A stretch of DNA of 64,000 bases from contig CM059432.1 in the NCBI GenBank assembly GCA_030390025.1, forward strand, positions 37,698,001-37,762,000, given 5' to 3'. Below, in pieces: positions 13,001 through 26,574 of this stretch. This DNA comes from Squalus acanthias (taxonomy: Eukaryota). How positions within the stretch are numbered: position 1 is the first letter of the stretch; each line of letters starts with the position of its first letter. Under the pieces are notes generated by a model. That model did no database searches. It worked only from the letters and a program-made list of their open reading frames with translations, and was not told where the DNA came from. A program made the position numbers and the translations under genes.

Positions 13001-14295
13001 CCAAAAATATAGTAATGAATAGTCAGCATGGATTTCAAAAGGGAAAGTCTTGCTTGACCAACCTCATTGAATTTTTTGAAGAGGTAACAGAGAGAGTAGA
13101 CAATGGTAATGCAGTAGATGTAATTTATCTGGATTTTCAAAATGGCCTGCGATAAGGTACCCCATAACAGATTGATGAACAAGGTCAGAGAATGCGGATT
13201 CAGGGGACAAGTAGCAGAATGGATTGCTGGCTGGCTTCAAGACAGAAAGCAGAGAGTAGGGGTAAAAGGTAGCTATTCACAGTGGCAGAAGGTGGGTAGT
13301 GGTGTTCTACAAGGATCAGTGCTGGGACCACTGTTGTTCACAATTTATATTAGTGATTTAGACTTTGGAATCAAAAACACAATTTTTTAAATTTGTGGAT
13401 GACACCTAATTGGGGAGGGGGTGGGGGCGGGATAGTCAATACTGAGGAGGACTGCAACAAATTACAGGAGGACATTAATAAACTTGCAGAATTGGCATAT
13501 AATTGGCAAATGAAGTTCAACACAGATAAATGTGAGGTATTACATTTTGGTAGGAAGAATAGGGAGGTCACCTATTATTTGGAGGGTGCGAGTCTAGGTG
13601 GGGTAGAGGAACAAAGGGATCTCTGAGTACAAATACACAAATCACTAAAAGTTGCGACACAAGTTGGCATGGCCATAAAAAAAAGCAAACCAAGCACTCG
13701 GGGTTTATTTCTAGAGGGATAGAATTGAAAAGAAGGGAAGTTATGCTAAACCTGTATCGAACCTTGGTTAGACCACACTTAGAATACCACGTACATATTA
13801 TAAAAAGGATATAGAGGCATTGGAGAGGGTGCAGAGAAGATTTGCAAGGATGATACCAGAAATGCGAGGGTATACATATCAGGAAAGGATGAACAGGCTG
13901 GGTCTCTTTTCTCCTTGAAAAAAGAAGGCTGAGGGGTGACCTAATAGAGATCTTTAAAATTATGAAAGCTTTTGATAGAGTGGATACAGAGAGAATGTTT
14001 CCAGGAAAGAGCATAACGAGAGGCCATCAATATAAGATAGTCACCAAGAAATTCAAAAGGAAATTCAGAAGAAACTTCTTTACCCAAAGAGTGGTGAGAA
14101 TGTGGAACTCACTACCACAGGGAGTGGTTGAAGCAAAAAATATAGTTGCATTTAAGGGGAGGGTGGACAAGAACATGAGGGAGAAGGGAATAGAGGGTTA
14201 TGCTGATAGATTTAGATGAGGAAAGACGGGAGGAGCATAAACACCAGCATGGACTGGTTGGGCCGAATGGCCTGTTTCTGTGCCATGTATCCTAT
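10005..14295 (+). mobile_element. Near-full-length CR1 LINE: 5' UTR, ORF1 (zinc finger, coiled coil, SGNH esterase; 10315-11238) and ORF2 (APE plus RT; about 11420-14219), with multiple frameshifts
   Basis: ORF1 has CLDC...HVCRRC, VIGDSIIRG, VGTNN and DGLHLN. ORF2 has APE motifs DIVGITETWL, DFNYPDINW and SDHN, and RT motifs GPDGLHP, YLDFQ and QGSVLGP. Ends in a CR1 3' tail. The 5' boundary is approximate. Confidence 0.95.
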
Positions 14296-14699
14296 GTAGT
14301 ATATATTGAGAAGGGAGCAGACCAGACCCAGAGTGAACCTTGGTATCATTCAGTGACTAGGCTGACCAAAAGAAAGTGTTAGACAACTAACCGGGACAGT
14401 GGGCTGTATTTTTATTATTTTCTTTATTACCGAGCAGGGACTGAAGTTAAGTTGAAATAAGGCAACATTTGCTACGTATGTTACTCCGTACTTCCATTTA
14501 CTGATTGTAAAATAAAGTAACTTAATGATTTGTATCTGCTCTTGGCTCACTAAAGTGCTAATTAGTCCACCTGTCGACAGATCGGAGAAACACATGATAA
14601 CAAGGGTTACACTATCGTACGTCTAGATATTGGAAGATTAATCTCCTGATCTTAAGGGACACCGTTCCACATATGGGAGAGACCAGCGATGCTAACATG

Positions 14700-15140
14700 A
14701 GAGATTATCTAAGGCAGACCTGAAATTTGTAACAAGCGCCTTTAATGTTGGAAAACAACCCAAGAATCTTCAAAGAGATAAAAACAGTTTTGAAAGAAGA
14801 GTTAGCAGTGGTGATAGTGAGAGACTGGGAGACTGGGAAGGACTTAGAGGAGACAAAGGTGTTTAACGTGGATGGAGGAGCAGAGGACGTTGAGTGTTGG
14901 CAAGGTGGCTACAGGATGGATTTTTGAGGGGGCGGAGGATGATGCTGGATGGGTTGGAGGCTAGTAGGGAAATGTGGATGTTGAAGAATGTGAGGAAGAG
15001 ATGAGCGATGGCCTTGTCAGTGTTAGAAATATTGGGGGTAGTAAGGTCACATGAGATGGTGATATCGAGGGGCTGTGGGTTAGGAAGTTAATGTGCACTG
15101 TGATGATGAGTAAACAGAGGAGTGAAGAGAGGGACTAGAA
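14700..15140 (-). mobile_element. Highly degenerate L2-like LINE fragment
   Basis: GA-rich composition and residual endonuclease-region-like words similar to the L2 copies elsewhere in the window. No clean ORF. Confidence 0.4.
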
Positions 15141-15899
15141 TACTGAAGTTTTAAGTGACCAGAATGCATTAAAAAAAAGTCTCCCTCTGGGGAAAAAAAT
15201 GTTTTATCTTGAATTAAAAATTAAAGCTAGTGTGGTAGAAGATTCAGTTTGGTTTGTTGTTCAGCTGCAGTCTTAGTGAATATAGTAATTAGGCTCAACA
15301 GTGCTAGGTTCAACTATCAGAGGGAATTCATGGGTAATGTAATTTCAACTTGGTTCTGTGTCTCACGCATGATGGTGGGATAAATCCTTTTTGATTCAAA
15401 GGACTTTAGGGATTGGATTTTCCTTTTTACTGCCCACTTTTGGGTGTTGTTTGGGCACTAAAGATAGTAAAATGGGGCAGTTTTGTCCTATTGCTGCAAT
15501 ACTGCCCCCAAAAAGTGACACCTCCTTAAAATCTGCCAGTCCGCAGTACCTCCCACATGTAAATGGGGGTGGGTGTGCATGGTCGAGGTGTGTATACAAT
15601 TTCCCCCAATTACCACCCTAAATCCAGCCTCTGAAAACACCGCCACTATAGCTATATCTCTGAAATGGATACTGCATTGAGAAGGCCATCTCTGCAGATG
15701 TATCTGAGGCAATGCAAAACTTTGACTGGACATCGATTTTTGATGGTTGGTACTCTGGACCTTCTCTGAAGACTTCTCCTGCCACTTATAGTGAGTGCTG
15801 GAGAAAGTTATTTTTTGGACTGGAGAAATGGTTTTCTTAACAGAATCCCTTTATGAAGATGAGTAACTGAAAGAGGCTAGACTGAAGGTTCTTAGAGCG

Positions 15900-16730
15900 A
15901 GGCATAACAGAAGACATTTGTTTGTGTGACACTTCAGTGCCCACTCCACAGGGTTTACAGACCTGGAAAGTCTGATTCAGATTTATCTGCCTCAGGAGGC
16001 TACACTTTCTGCCCAAGGCTTTTGGGGAGTTATGTCAACTAATGGCTGAAGACCTGCAGCCCATTTTCACTAGGAGAATATTATTGTCTGTAGCAGTGAA
16101 AGTCACCATTGTCTTGATTTTTTGGATCTATCCAGACAGCCTCAGGTGCTCTTTGCCATATTAGTCAGGCGGTAGCTCATCATTGTATAAAGAAGGTCAC
16201 TGGTGCTGGATTCAGGTGGGTCTCGCAGTTCATTATCTTCCCTACGGAACCTATGAAACAGGGAGAACGAGCAGGCCAATTTTATACATTAGCTGGGTCC
16301 CCACAAGTGCAAGGGGCAATTGATTGAGCACATGTAGCATTGAAAGCCCCATACGACAAACTCCTCCAATTTCATTATAGGAAAGGCTCGCATTCATTAA
16401 ACATCTAGCTTACATGTAATGCCAAACACCTTATTATTCAAATTAATGCCTGCTATTCTGGAAGCTGTCATGACATTTTATCATACGACAATCTACCATG
16501 CCAGCCTTGATGACTCAGAGCAATGTATCAAGACATTGGTGATCAGGGATATCTCTTGCTTCTGACTCCAGTTAGGCACCTGCAGACAGAGGGCGAGAAC
16601 AAATATAATGAGGCTGATGGGACTAAAGTGTCATTTAAGGGCATGGTTAAATTTGATGGAGCCATGCAGTACAGCCAGCAGGAGTCACCAGAATCATTGT
16701 AGCGTCCTTCATAATATCGCTAAGCAGAAA
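15900..16730 (+). mobile_element. Fossil PIF/Harbinger (HARBI1-like) DDE transposase, copy 1
   Basis: Translated remnants ELCQLMAEDLQP, LCHISQAVAHHCIKKVT, AGSPQVQGAID*AHVALKAP, RKGSHSLNI and YSGSCHD, with stops and frameshifts. Confidence 0.85.
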
Positions 16731-17032
16731 AGGTTGCCACATCTTGAAGCTGAAGATGAATGATGATGAAAAAGAGACAGGGGGCCCTTCATCCCTATAT
16801 CAGGAGCAGGGTGCACAGGAAGGAGAGAGGGTGGAGCAAGAGAGCCATCTACTTTTAGTCAGATAAAGGAGAAAACAACATATAATTGAGTGCTTTCATT
16901 AAATAAAAGTTATAGAAAAAAATTACACTCGCCTTAAAATGGATACTGGCGGTCAGGAGGGGGAAAAATGAAGTAAATAGAAGGTTTAAAACTTTTATTA
17001 GAGAAAAGAGATCAGCAAAGATAAAGATCTAA

Positions 17033-18140
17033 TGTGTCAGCTGTGGCTCAGTGGTAGCACTCTCACCTCTGAGTCAAAAGGTTCTTAGTTCAAATCTCAC
17101 TCCAGAGACTTGAGCACAAAATCTAGGCTGATACTCCAGTGCAGAACTGAGGGAGTACTGTACTGTCGGAGTGCCTGTGTTTCGGATGAGACGCTAAACC
17201 GAGGCACTGTCTACCCTCTCGGGTGGATGTAAAAGATCCCATGGCACTATTTCGAAGAAGAGCAAGGGAGTTCTCCCTGGTGTTCTGGCCAATATTTATC
17301 GCTCAACCAACATTACTGAAACAGACTGTTTGGTCATTATCACATTGCTGTTTGTGGGACCTTGCTGTACACAATATCCTGGGGGTCACCATTGACCAGA
17401 AACTTAACTGGACCAGCCACATAAATACTGTGACAACAAGAGCAGGTCAGAGGCTGGGTATTCTGCTGCGAGTATCTCACTTCCTGACTCCCCAAAGCCT
17501 TTCCACCATCTGCAAGGCACAAGTAAGGAGTGTGATGGAATACTCTCCACTTGCCTGGATGAGTGCAGCTCCAACAACACTCAAGAAGCTCGACACCATC
17601 CAAGACAAAGCAGCCCGCTTGATTGGCATCCCATCCGCCACCTTAAACATTCACTCCCTCCACCAAGGGCACACCGTGGCTGCAGTGTGCACCATCTACA
17701 AGATGCACTGCAGCAACTCGCCAAGGCTTCTTCGGCAGCATCTCCCAAACCCGCGACCTCTTCCACCTAGAAGGACAAAGGGCAGCAGGCGCATGGGAAC
17801 ACCACCACCTGCAAGTTCTCCTCCAAGTCACACACCATCCGGACTTAGAAGTATATCGCCGATCCTTCATCGTCGCTGGGTCAAAATCCTGGAACTCCCT
17901 CCCTAACAGCACTGTGGGAGTACCTTCACCACACGGACTGCAGCGGCTCACCACCACCTTCTCAAGGGCAATAAGGGATAGGCAATAAATGCTGGCCTTG
18001 CCAGCGACGCCCACATCCCATGAACAAATTTAAAAAAAATTGGCTGTTGTAATGCGTTTCCTACATTATAACAATGACTACACTTCAAAAGTACTTCATC
18101 GGCTGTAAAGCGCTTTCCTGAGGTCATGAAAGGATCTTTA
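17033..18140 (+). mobile_element. SacSINE1-like tRNA-derived Deu-SINE, interrupted by a LINE at 17375-18037
   Basis: tRNA head tgtgtcagctgtggctcagtggtagc...gttcaaatc and Deu-like core gtggatgtaaaagatcccatggcactatttcgaagaagagc. Resumes aattggctg after the LINE. Confidence 0.9.
17375..18037 (+). mobile_element. 5'-truncated family-B LINE
   Basis: ILGVTIDQKLNWTSHIN...VMEYSPLAW, near-identical to 1401-2929, with an A-rich tail. Confidence 0.9.
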
Positions 18141-18472
18141 TTTTTTTTTAAATAAAGTTAAAAAAGGACAGATAGAAAATAGGAATAAGAGAGATTAGAT
18201 GGAAAAATAGGGAGATCAGAGCCGGCAGAAATAATTTATTTTTTATTTTTAGTTAAATTTATGTTTTATTTCTTTATAATTTTATTCTGTGGTTAATATT
18301 ACAGTTAAAGCAACTTCAGATATTGAAATCGTTTTATTACTGTAACATTTATTATTGAGAATGTGTGAATTGAAAACAACTAGTCATCCCATCGGGGTGG
18401 AAAATTTCCAGGACCTTTTGGGTGTCTAAGGGTTAATAGCAAGGGCGGGGGAAATCCAGAAATGTTAAGGAA

Positions 18473-18615
18473 GAACTTGCACTTAAGTAGTGCCTGATCA
18501 CGTCGCCAGGACACCCCAAAGTGCTTTACCACCAATGGATTACTTTTAAAGTGCACTCACTGTTGTTATGTAGTCAAACGCAGTAGCTAATTTGCACACA
18601 GCAAGCCCCCAAAAT
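18473..18615 (-). mobile_element. SacSINE1-like 3' fragment
   Basis: Degenerate match to the SINE tail (acttgcacttaagtagtgcc...tttgcacacagcaag). Confidence 0.6.
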
Positions 18616-19209
18616 ACAGGCTTTTATTAGTGAGGGAAAGGATTAAGCGCTTAATAGTTATTACCTTTAATACTTCAAAAAACATTTTCGACAAAACAAG
18701 CCAATTTCAAGCCTGTAATGTCTGCTTCTGGTCACCAAACGTTAACGTGCATGATATCATCCTAAATCAGTAGACAAAACAAACATTATTGAAATCTGCT
18801 GCAAAAACAAAATTTAACTGTAATTTTCAAACTCCAAAAAACAAGACTAAAATAACCCTTTAATGCAAGGGTTTATTGACAAATACTGAGCTGTTGTTTT
18901 GGCTCACTCTGGGTTGCATTGTGAGTACACCACAGGAGTTTGATCTTGAAATGTGATCTGCTGCCCAGTGCATGGTACTTAAACTGTAATGGACTTTGCA
19001 GCACTGTCTGGCCAAATTAAGAGTGGGTCTGATAGTTGAATGGTGAAGGTGGTGAGTGGAGTCTCAGTCTCCAGCCTGTCATCCTCGAACTAGCAAGCAG
19101 TACACATGAAGCCTGCTGTCACTACTGAGAGGTAACCATTTCTTCCACTTTTAAGTCTTTATTATTGAAAAACTGTGAAGGACTAAGGCTCGTAGTACAG
19201 AAACATGAA

Positions 19210-19590
19210 GATTTTATTTGTGTAGCACTTTATTTAGTCTGTTGAAAATATCTCCAAGTGCTTCACAGACAGTGAATTACTTTGAAGTAGAGTGATTGTT
19301 GTGTAAACTAAGTCAGCGGCTATTTTGTGCACAGCAAAATCCCATAAATAGCCATGACACTAGGTAATGTATTTTTTGCGATTTTGGTTGAGGAAAGAAA
19401 GTTAGCCAGGACACTTGGGAAACTCTCTGCTCTTCTTCAAACTGTGCTGTGAAATCTGTTAATGCCACTGAACATTGTTTACCATCTGAAGAGCAGCACC
19501 CCCGACAATGTAGCATTCCCTCCGTACTGCACTGAAGTATAAGCCTGGATTATGTGCTTAAATCTTGGAATGGGCTTGAACACACAGGGT
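19210..19590 (-). mobile_element. Older SacSINE1-like copy
   Basis: Diverged match to the adjacent 19713-20168 copy, including the Deu core and part of the head. Confidence 0.75.
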
Positions 19591-19712
19591 TGAATAGAGT
19601 AAAAGAGAAACGAGGTGAATCAGGGAATAGTGACTAGGTGGTGCAAAGGCTGTGTTTTAATAGCCTGAAGTAAAGGATGGGCTAAGGAGCTCCAATGTTT
19701 TGAGACCCTGGT

Positions 19713-20168
19713 AAAAGAAAGACTTGCATTTATATAGCGCCTTTCACGACCACCGGACATCTCTAAGCGCTTTACAGCCAATGAAGTACAGTCACTGTTG
19801 TAATGTGGGAAACGCAGCAGCCAATTTGTGCACAGCAAGCTCCCACAAACAGCAATGTGATAATGACCAGATAATCTGTTTTTGTTATGTTGGTTGAGGG
19901 ATAAATATTGGCCAGGACACTGGGGATAACTCCCCTGCTCTTCTTCGAAATAGTGCCATGGGATCCTTTACGTTCACCTGAGAGCGCAGACAGGGCCTCG
20001 GTTTAATGTCTCATCCGAAAGACAGCACCTCCGACAGTGCAGCACTCCCTCAGTACTGTACTGGAGTGTCAGCCTAGCTTTATGTGCGCAAGTCCCAGGG
20101 ATGGGACGTGAACCCACAACCTTCTGACTCAGAGGCGAGTGAGCTACCCACTGCGCCACAGCTGACAC
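19713..20168 (-). mobile_element. Near-full-length SacSINE1-like Deu-SINE
   Basis: Reverse complement of the head, Deu core and L2-like tail aggcgctatataaatgcaagtctttc. Confidence 0.9.
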
Positions 20169-20945
20169 ACAACAGCAAATCTTGGTTTCAGTATGGTGAT
20201 GATGTAGGGATGAAAAAGAACTTGGAAGATGGTATATTTACAGGTCAGCAGAAACAAAAAGGAGGAGTTCAGAGGAGCTAACCTTAATAGCATAAATAAA
20301 TTGATTGAGGATTGCTTTCCAATCAGGTGATGGGGAGAGTCCCTGATGAAGCAGAACAAAGTGTTATGAACCAAAATGTAGATGAAGAATATTGTCACCT
20401 GTATTTTTTAGCATTAGTTGTAGATAGTTATAAAATGTACATGTTGTGCACAATACTAGGGCACTTCAACACACTGTTGGAGACAACCTTGTACGCTCCT
20501 ACTATTGTACAATTGGATAGCAACACTATACACAATGGCCCTGAAATTCCTCGGGGAATTTTCTGGTCTCCTGCTGTAACTCTGGCAGGAAAAACATGGA
20601 CCCCCCAAGAAAATGGCAGAGATCCAGTTGTGCTGGGTTCCTGCTGTTTCTGGGAATTTCCTCAATGCCTTGTAAGGAGTGGGATTGCTCTCTGCCTCTT
20701 CCAGGGCAAATGATGGCCAGTGGGCAAGGCTCGGGCTCCAGTGTGACATGGTATCGTAGTGGTGGCCAGTGTGCTGAGTGAGTGGAGCCATAGCGGCCTC
20801 CACAAGGGCATGTGTGGGCCCTACCACTTGCTCAGTGAGGATTTTCAGAGCCTATTGGCACCCAAGTTAAAGTAGTTTTCACTGTTGCTCACTAATTAGA
20901 TGTCAGTGGGTAATAATACTCAGTAACCAGACAGCCGAAGAAATA

Positions 20946-21735
20946 CAGTCCTCACCACTTCTAGCGGGCACGTTGGTGTGAATGCGATTTGCCAGTTATA
21001 CCCGATGGCTGGTATAACATGGTAGCACTTTATATATGTTGTCGTCGCTCATCTGCATCCGCAACTCCCTGAACCGCTACCTGAATGAACCTTCTTACTG
21101 TTGGACCCGAGACCTGACCAAGGACTTACTCATTTCAGTCTTTTCCCGCTTTCCCCCTTGTCCTCTGGAGTTGTTGCTCTCCAGCGCCCAAGGACCCGTC
21201 TCTGTAATGCCCCCAACGAAACTGGGCCACTGCTGCCTTTTCACCATCCTTTTGTTGCCTCGCATGGAAGCATAGCTCAATACTAAACAGCGACAAACAC
21301 TAAACAGAGATGCTTCATAATCTGAAAAGCGACAGGCAGGCCCTTCATCGGGGCAGAGGAACTGAATGACATCATCGGGCATGGCGTCCAATTCGAAAGC
21401 AGAGCTTCAGTAGATATTTCTTAGGTTTTTTTTCACTATTTAATTTTCCAGCATATTACAGATATGGTGCTATGAAGGGAGTATAGTGTTTACCCTGACC
21501 GCTTTATATATATTTTACATACATAAAAGTAATGGGGAAAATTGATATGTATATATTTTCACATGTACTTCACTCATACAATATCACAGTAAGCACAGCT
21601 GTTTCTGCCTGAAATTACGCTATAACCGGACCACTTTGAAATTGACGTTGATGCAAATGGCTAACGGTTATCGCTTTTTGGCCGATATAAGCGACTGCCC
21701 CTTTTAAATGGGGACGTTTTAAGTGGTGGGGACTA
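20946..21735. mobile_element. Non-autonomous Tc1/mariner (Tigger-like) element, copy 1
   Basis: TA-CAGTCCTCACCACTT at the left and AAGTGGTGGGGACTA at the right (imperfect TIRs). The subterminal ~110 bp recur inverted at 30025-30140. Confidence 0.75.
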
Positions 21736-22745
21736 TGTATTAAGAATGTAATAAAATATGAATGACTAAATACCATTTGGTTATTGAGCTCACTCCTTCT
21801 AACAGTCTATAATACAATAGGCACTGTCATGGGTCCTCCCCAACTTAGTCTCGTGAGGGAAGTGAACAACCACACCTAAAACCTCCAAGAAGATGCTTTG
21901 TAATGTTTGCACGGCAGTAAACAAGCTGCACATTGCTTGACTCCCCCTCCCCATAATTCTAGTGCTTTGTAGACTCAGTTCAGGTGTTCATTTGTACTTC
22001 TGGTTACAGTTACAGCAAGCTGTTGACAAAACCAAATAAATACACTATGATGTCCTTAATAAGGCTGGCGTGAGCTTGGCATAATCCAATTTTCTGATAG
22101 GAGCCAGAGTCTTGTAACGAGCAGTGTGCTGGTGATGTGATCTGATGATGTGTATGGTATATATTCAAGGCTGTTGTACCTTTATTTCATGTTGACATGT
22201 GGGGATGCACTCAATAATACATTTCATGGGAAGGTAAGAATATATGACTGGGCAGAGTTATTAAGGGCCCAGCAAATACTGCTAAGACTTTCCCAATAAT
22301 TCAATACCACCAGAATCGTGAGTAGTACTCAATCACAGATAGGTATCCAGAGAGCAGAAGCTAGTAAAAGAAAATAGTTTACTGAGGCTTGAAATTACTG
22401 AGAGAGAGAAGTGCAGCTGAGGGCACTGAGAGAATGGCGCACAGAGAGAGGAGATGCAGACTCAAATGAAAGCCCTGAGCGAGAACTAGGCAATAACAGC
22501 TGAAGTACTGAGAAAGAGGGGCTCAAAGGGACTTTAAATAACTAAAAGGGGGAGGCACAGAGAGGCTTGAAATAAGAGAAAGATGGCTCAAAGTGGAGGA
22601 AAAAAAGGGGCATATTAATGGTTGAGACTGCTGAGAGGCACAAGATGGACTCAAATTCCCGAAAGAGGACTTCAGAAGGTTGAATGATGAAGGAGGACAA
22701 TGCAGAAGGGACTAACATTGCTATCAGGAAAGGACACTAAGCGAT

Positions 22746-22900
22746 GACATAAGACATAGGAGCAGGAGTAGGCCATTCGGCCCTTCGAGCCTGCTCCGCC
22801 ATTCAATGAGATCATGGCTGATTTTCTACCTCCACTCCATTCACCAGCCCTATCGCCATATCCCTTGATGCCCTTACTAGTCAGAAATCTATCGACTTCT
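22746..22900 (-). mobile_element. HER1-like 3' end stub
   Basis: Reverse complement of the HER1 tail (cataggagcaggagtaggccattcggcccttcgagcctgctccgccattcaat). Confidence 0.85.
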
Positions 22901-24994
22901 GTCTTTGGGGGAAATCAAAGTTGGAGATCGATCTATCTATCTATCTATCTAGAATATATTATACATTTTACAGCTGCATGCACTTCTTGTCAATTTTCCT
23001 ATCATAAATTCCTATGACCGCTTTTATAGTGGAAACTGCCAATTTAAAACTTGTCACGCTGTAATTACTCTCTACCACCAGTGGAGGCACTGAAGCACCA
23101 CTGGTGGGAGATGTAATTCTCGCGTGACAAGTTTGCATAGGCAGTTTCCATTTGGACATAGGAATTTACAATATTGGAGCTATAAAATGGGTACTGAATT
23201 ACGTTTGCGCACCCTGCTCCAATTATTCCCCAACCCTCCAATTCCACATCACCTCAAGACTATCCCTGGTCTTGACTGTCTGTGTTCGATGTTCCAGGAG
23301 ATTGATTAAGATATAGCAATGTTAAACCTCCAGAATAAGAAAGTGAGACACCGGCATATTGGAGCAGCACAGGGCTAACAGTAGTAAGGTGGCACCTGCT
23401 GGGAAATCCTATAACACTTTAGAGATACTTGAGTTGCAGGAAGTAACTGTGATCCCTGACGCCCTAGTGACTTGTGTGGTGGAATCATGCTGTGCGATTA
23501 TTAGCATACTTTAATCCATTTCTGTAAAACTCCTCTGCCTTTTTTAACATTAAAATGGCAGATAGCGGAATTTCATATCCACGTTTGTATGCTAATATCA
23601 CTCAGCACAATTTCACCCCAATATTGAGGGGTCACTGTACCAGTTGATAATACATTTCAAATTTAATCTGTCAGTGCCTTTTTTGAAAAAGGCATTTAAA
23701 TTTGGCTGTTTTGGAGACAGAAAACTCTTTAATAAGATCCAATTTATAAAATGAGACATTTATGACCTTCTCACATAGGTCCAGTTCCCAGATAACCAGC
23801 ACAACAAAAGTTTCCACAGTGACTTCATACATAAATTATGTGTCCAGTGACATCCCTGCCATGATTTGTGGGAATGGTCTGAATTTGATAAATATTTAGC
23901 AGTAACCATCATTCCAGAGATCTCAGTATAATTTGTGTTGAATTTTTTCCCCCTGGGGACGGGGAGGGAACAGTGCTTTAGACTTTCAGGCAAGGGCACA
24001 TGTTGGCGCAAGTGACTAGTGTATTCCCATCATCTTTGAGAAACGTTGTCACTGACACTTAGAAATTTCCTCTGGTTATTCTGCGAAGCCGGGTGTAGAT
24101 TTGTAGATTGTGGCTTAACATGTTGGTATATGCTTTTGTAAAATTTTTGACGTAAAATATTAAACAAATCTTAAACAAAATTGGGAGTACAAAGACAAAT
24201 AAAACTATTTTACTAAACTAGGAAAGTGTATAATGACAATTTAGTGAAAGGGTTATTTAACTTTACACCGAATGAAATATAGCCCAACGAGCAGGAAAAG
24301 GTAGGCCGACTAATTCGATGCTGATGGTCCTGCCGTTTCTTTCCCAAACATACCAACCTAGAAAACTAGCTAAAGCTGGCCAAAAACAGTTGACACAAAG
24401 CTCATACAAAAATAGTTCAAAAACAGCCTTTAATAAAGGCCTAATGATGTATGAAGATATTTCAAATATATCTAACAGTTCCAGGATAAATTGGCTTGAA
24501 AAGCAGAGTTAACTAGAGTTCAGTTGTGTAAGCTGTAGGTATACCCGACAATCAATCACTTTAGTTGCAGCGGAGGCGGTTGGGGGGGAACTAAAGTGCA
24601 CAAATGTGCCGTTTGCAGCATGTGAGTGCTGAAGGGATAAAATTTATCTTTGGCGGGGGGCGGGGCGGGGGGGGGGGGGGGGTGGGGAGGAGTCTGAGGA
24701 CATGGCCTCTCCCGCATAAACTTTGATTTTCGACACTTTATTTGGTGTACTTTCATTTTGGAATCTACTTTAATAAATAGGTTCTTTTAAGCCAAACATT
24801 TATTCTCGTTAGGTTACATTTATTTAAAATATTTACAAAGCAATTGTAGGGACTTTCAGTGGGAATATAAATCCAGATACATCATGTTAGTTCGGGAACT
24901 GAAACCTTCTACAATATGTGTCAACAATAATCCGAGCTGGCAGTGAATCCTACATTCACAACGCAAAACCGAATCACTATCGCATCATGCACAG

Positions 24995-25290
24995 AATTAC
25001 ATAGAAATTCCAGCACAGAAACAGGCCGTTTGGCCCAACTAGCCATATTCGTGTTTATCCTCCACACGAGCAATAGTCCTAATCCCATGGCCCACCCGGT
25101 TCCCATATCCCTTTATTCCCTTTAACTTCCTATGTAACCTATTCTTAAATGTTGACCTGGTCACTGCTTCAATCACTAACTCTGGTAGTACATCTACCGC
25201 CTCACATATCTCTGTGTAAAAATCGTTTCTCCTGCTCTCTGTCCTGAATCTCTCGCATTTAATCTGATATCCAGGTCTCCTTGTTCTGTT
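24995..25290 (-). mobile_element. Degenerate CR1 3' fragment
   Basis: CR1 ORF2 C-terminal remnant (TFKNRLHRKLKGIKGYG) and 3' motif. Confidence 0.7.
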
Positions 25291-25479
25291 CAACTCCTGG
25301 ACCCCATGGCAGCCCAGTGCTGGCAGAGGATTATCTGGAATGTTGATCAATCTGCCTTCTATTTCAAATGCTTCATATGACACTCCTCGCTATTTTAATT
25401 TTAACCCATCTAAAAATAAATGTCTGATCCAATTGGTTCTGACAGTTACCCAGCCAGCCCTGCAACTAATCTGATTGGT

Positions 25480-25780
25480 TCACAGAATCCCCACAGTGCA
25501 GATAGAGGCCATTTCGGCCCATCGAGCCTGCACCGACACACATCCCACCCTATCCCCGTAACCCCACGTATTTAATCCCCCTAACACTAAGGGTCAATTT
25601 ATCATAGCCAAATCAACCTAACCCGCACATCTTTGGACTGTGGGAGGAAACCGGAGCACCCGGAGGAAACCCACGCAGACACGGGGAGAATGTGCAAACT
25701 CCACACAGCCCGGATTCGAACCCGGGTCCCTGGCGCTGTGAGGCAACAGTGCTAACCCCACTATGCCACCGTGTTGCCCC
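25480..25780 (-). mobile_element. HE1-like V-SINE (small internal deletion)
   Basis: tRNA head ggggcaacacggtggcatagtgg and V-domain tctccccgtgtctgcgtgggtttcctccgggtgctccggtttcctcccacagtccaaaga, with a CR1-like tail. Confidence 0.9.
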
Positions 25781-26574
25781 TGACAGCCTCCAATCCCAAA
25801 GCTGACTTTTGTCATGCAATGCTGACAAGTTGACACTTGGGTCAAAATGCCTTCTGTCAGCTTCAAACAATGACGGCTGGCATGTATGATTTAGATATTC
25901 TGAGTTGATTTCAGAATTGAAGTTTTTGTGTGTGTGTTTTTTTGTTTTAAACCCTCCACCGCTTTAGGCCTGCCCACTTCAGCAGGTTGGATGTGTGACA
26001 AGTTCTGTTAGTGGCTAAAAAAATGAAGTCCTTCCAGTCCAGCATGTTTCCTGTGGTAAAATGTCAGCACGAGAGGCAGCTTTCACGAACCAGGAGCCAC
26101 TTTTTATTGACTTGTTTAACTAACTTCACTTCCTTGTAGCTTACTGGCATCATATCCTTATATTATAGAGATATTTGAAAGCATGTTGACTTCTATATCA
26201 CTCAGATTTTATTGCTAAGAATATTTACTACAACCCAACCTACATGGACTAGATAATATCAGGTCCTTTATTGGCGTCTTTGAATATGATCTACAAATAG
26301 GGAAAATAGTTTATTCTAGTCGCTCTACAGAGTGACAAGTTTGGTCAACATTTATTAACATAATGTTGCCAAATTGTGGAATATCACCAGATAATTCTGC
26401 CCATCATAACTCACTCATCCAGAATGTCACTGAACTTTTTCATCTCTGACTGCGCTTGCAGGAATCAAAATTTAGAAGATGGGAATGCCTCTGGTTAATG
26501 CTCTCTGCTTGTTATGAAGTAGGATCTGAGGAGGGATCAAAGATGGGACCATTTACACCTGAGAGAAACAACTT

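Noticed and set aside
17033..17105. tRNA-like sequences (also at 28647, 20100 and 60113)
   Set aside because: They are SINE heads followed by SINE bodies, not tRNA genes.
17223..17906. 227-aa ORF
   Set aside because: Chance fusion of SINE sequence with a nested LINE RT C-terminus.
22380..22745. Purine-rich quasi-periodic tract with recurring actgag/gagag words
   Set aside because: No consistent unit length or repeat-spacer structure; treated as a decayed low-complexity repeat.
24653..24690. G-run with G-quadruplex potential
   Set aside because: Simple poly-G tract, probably within a repeat, with no evidence of function.
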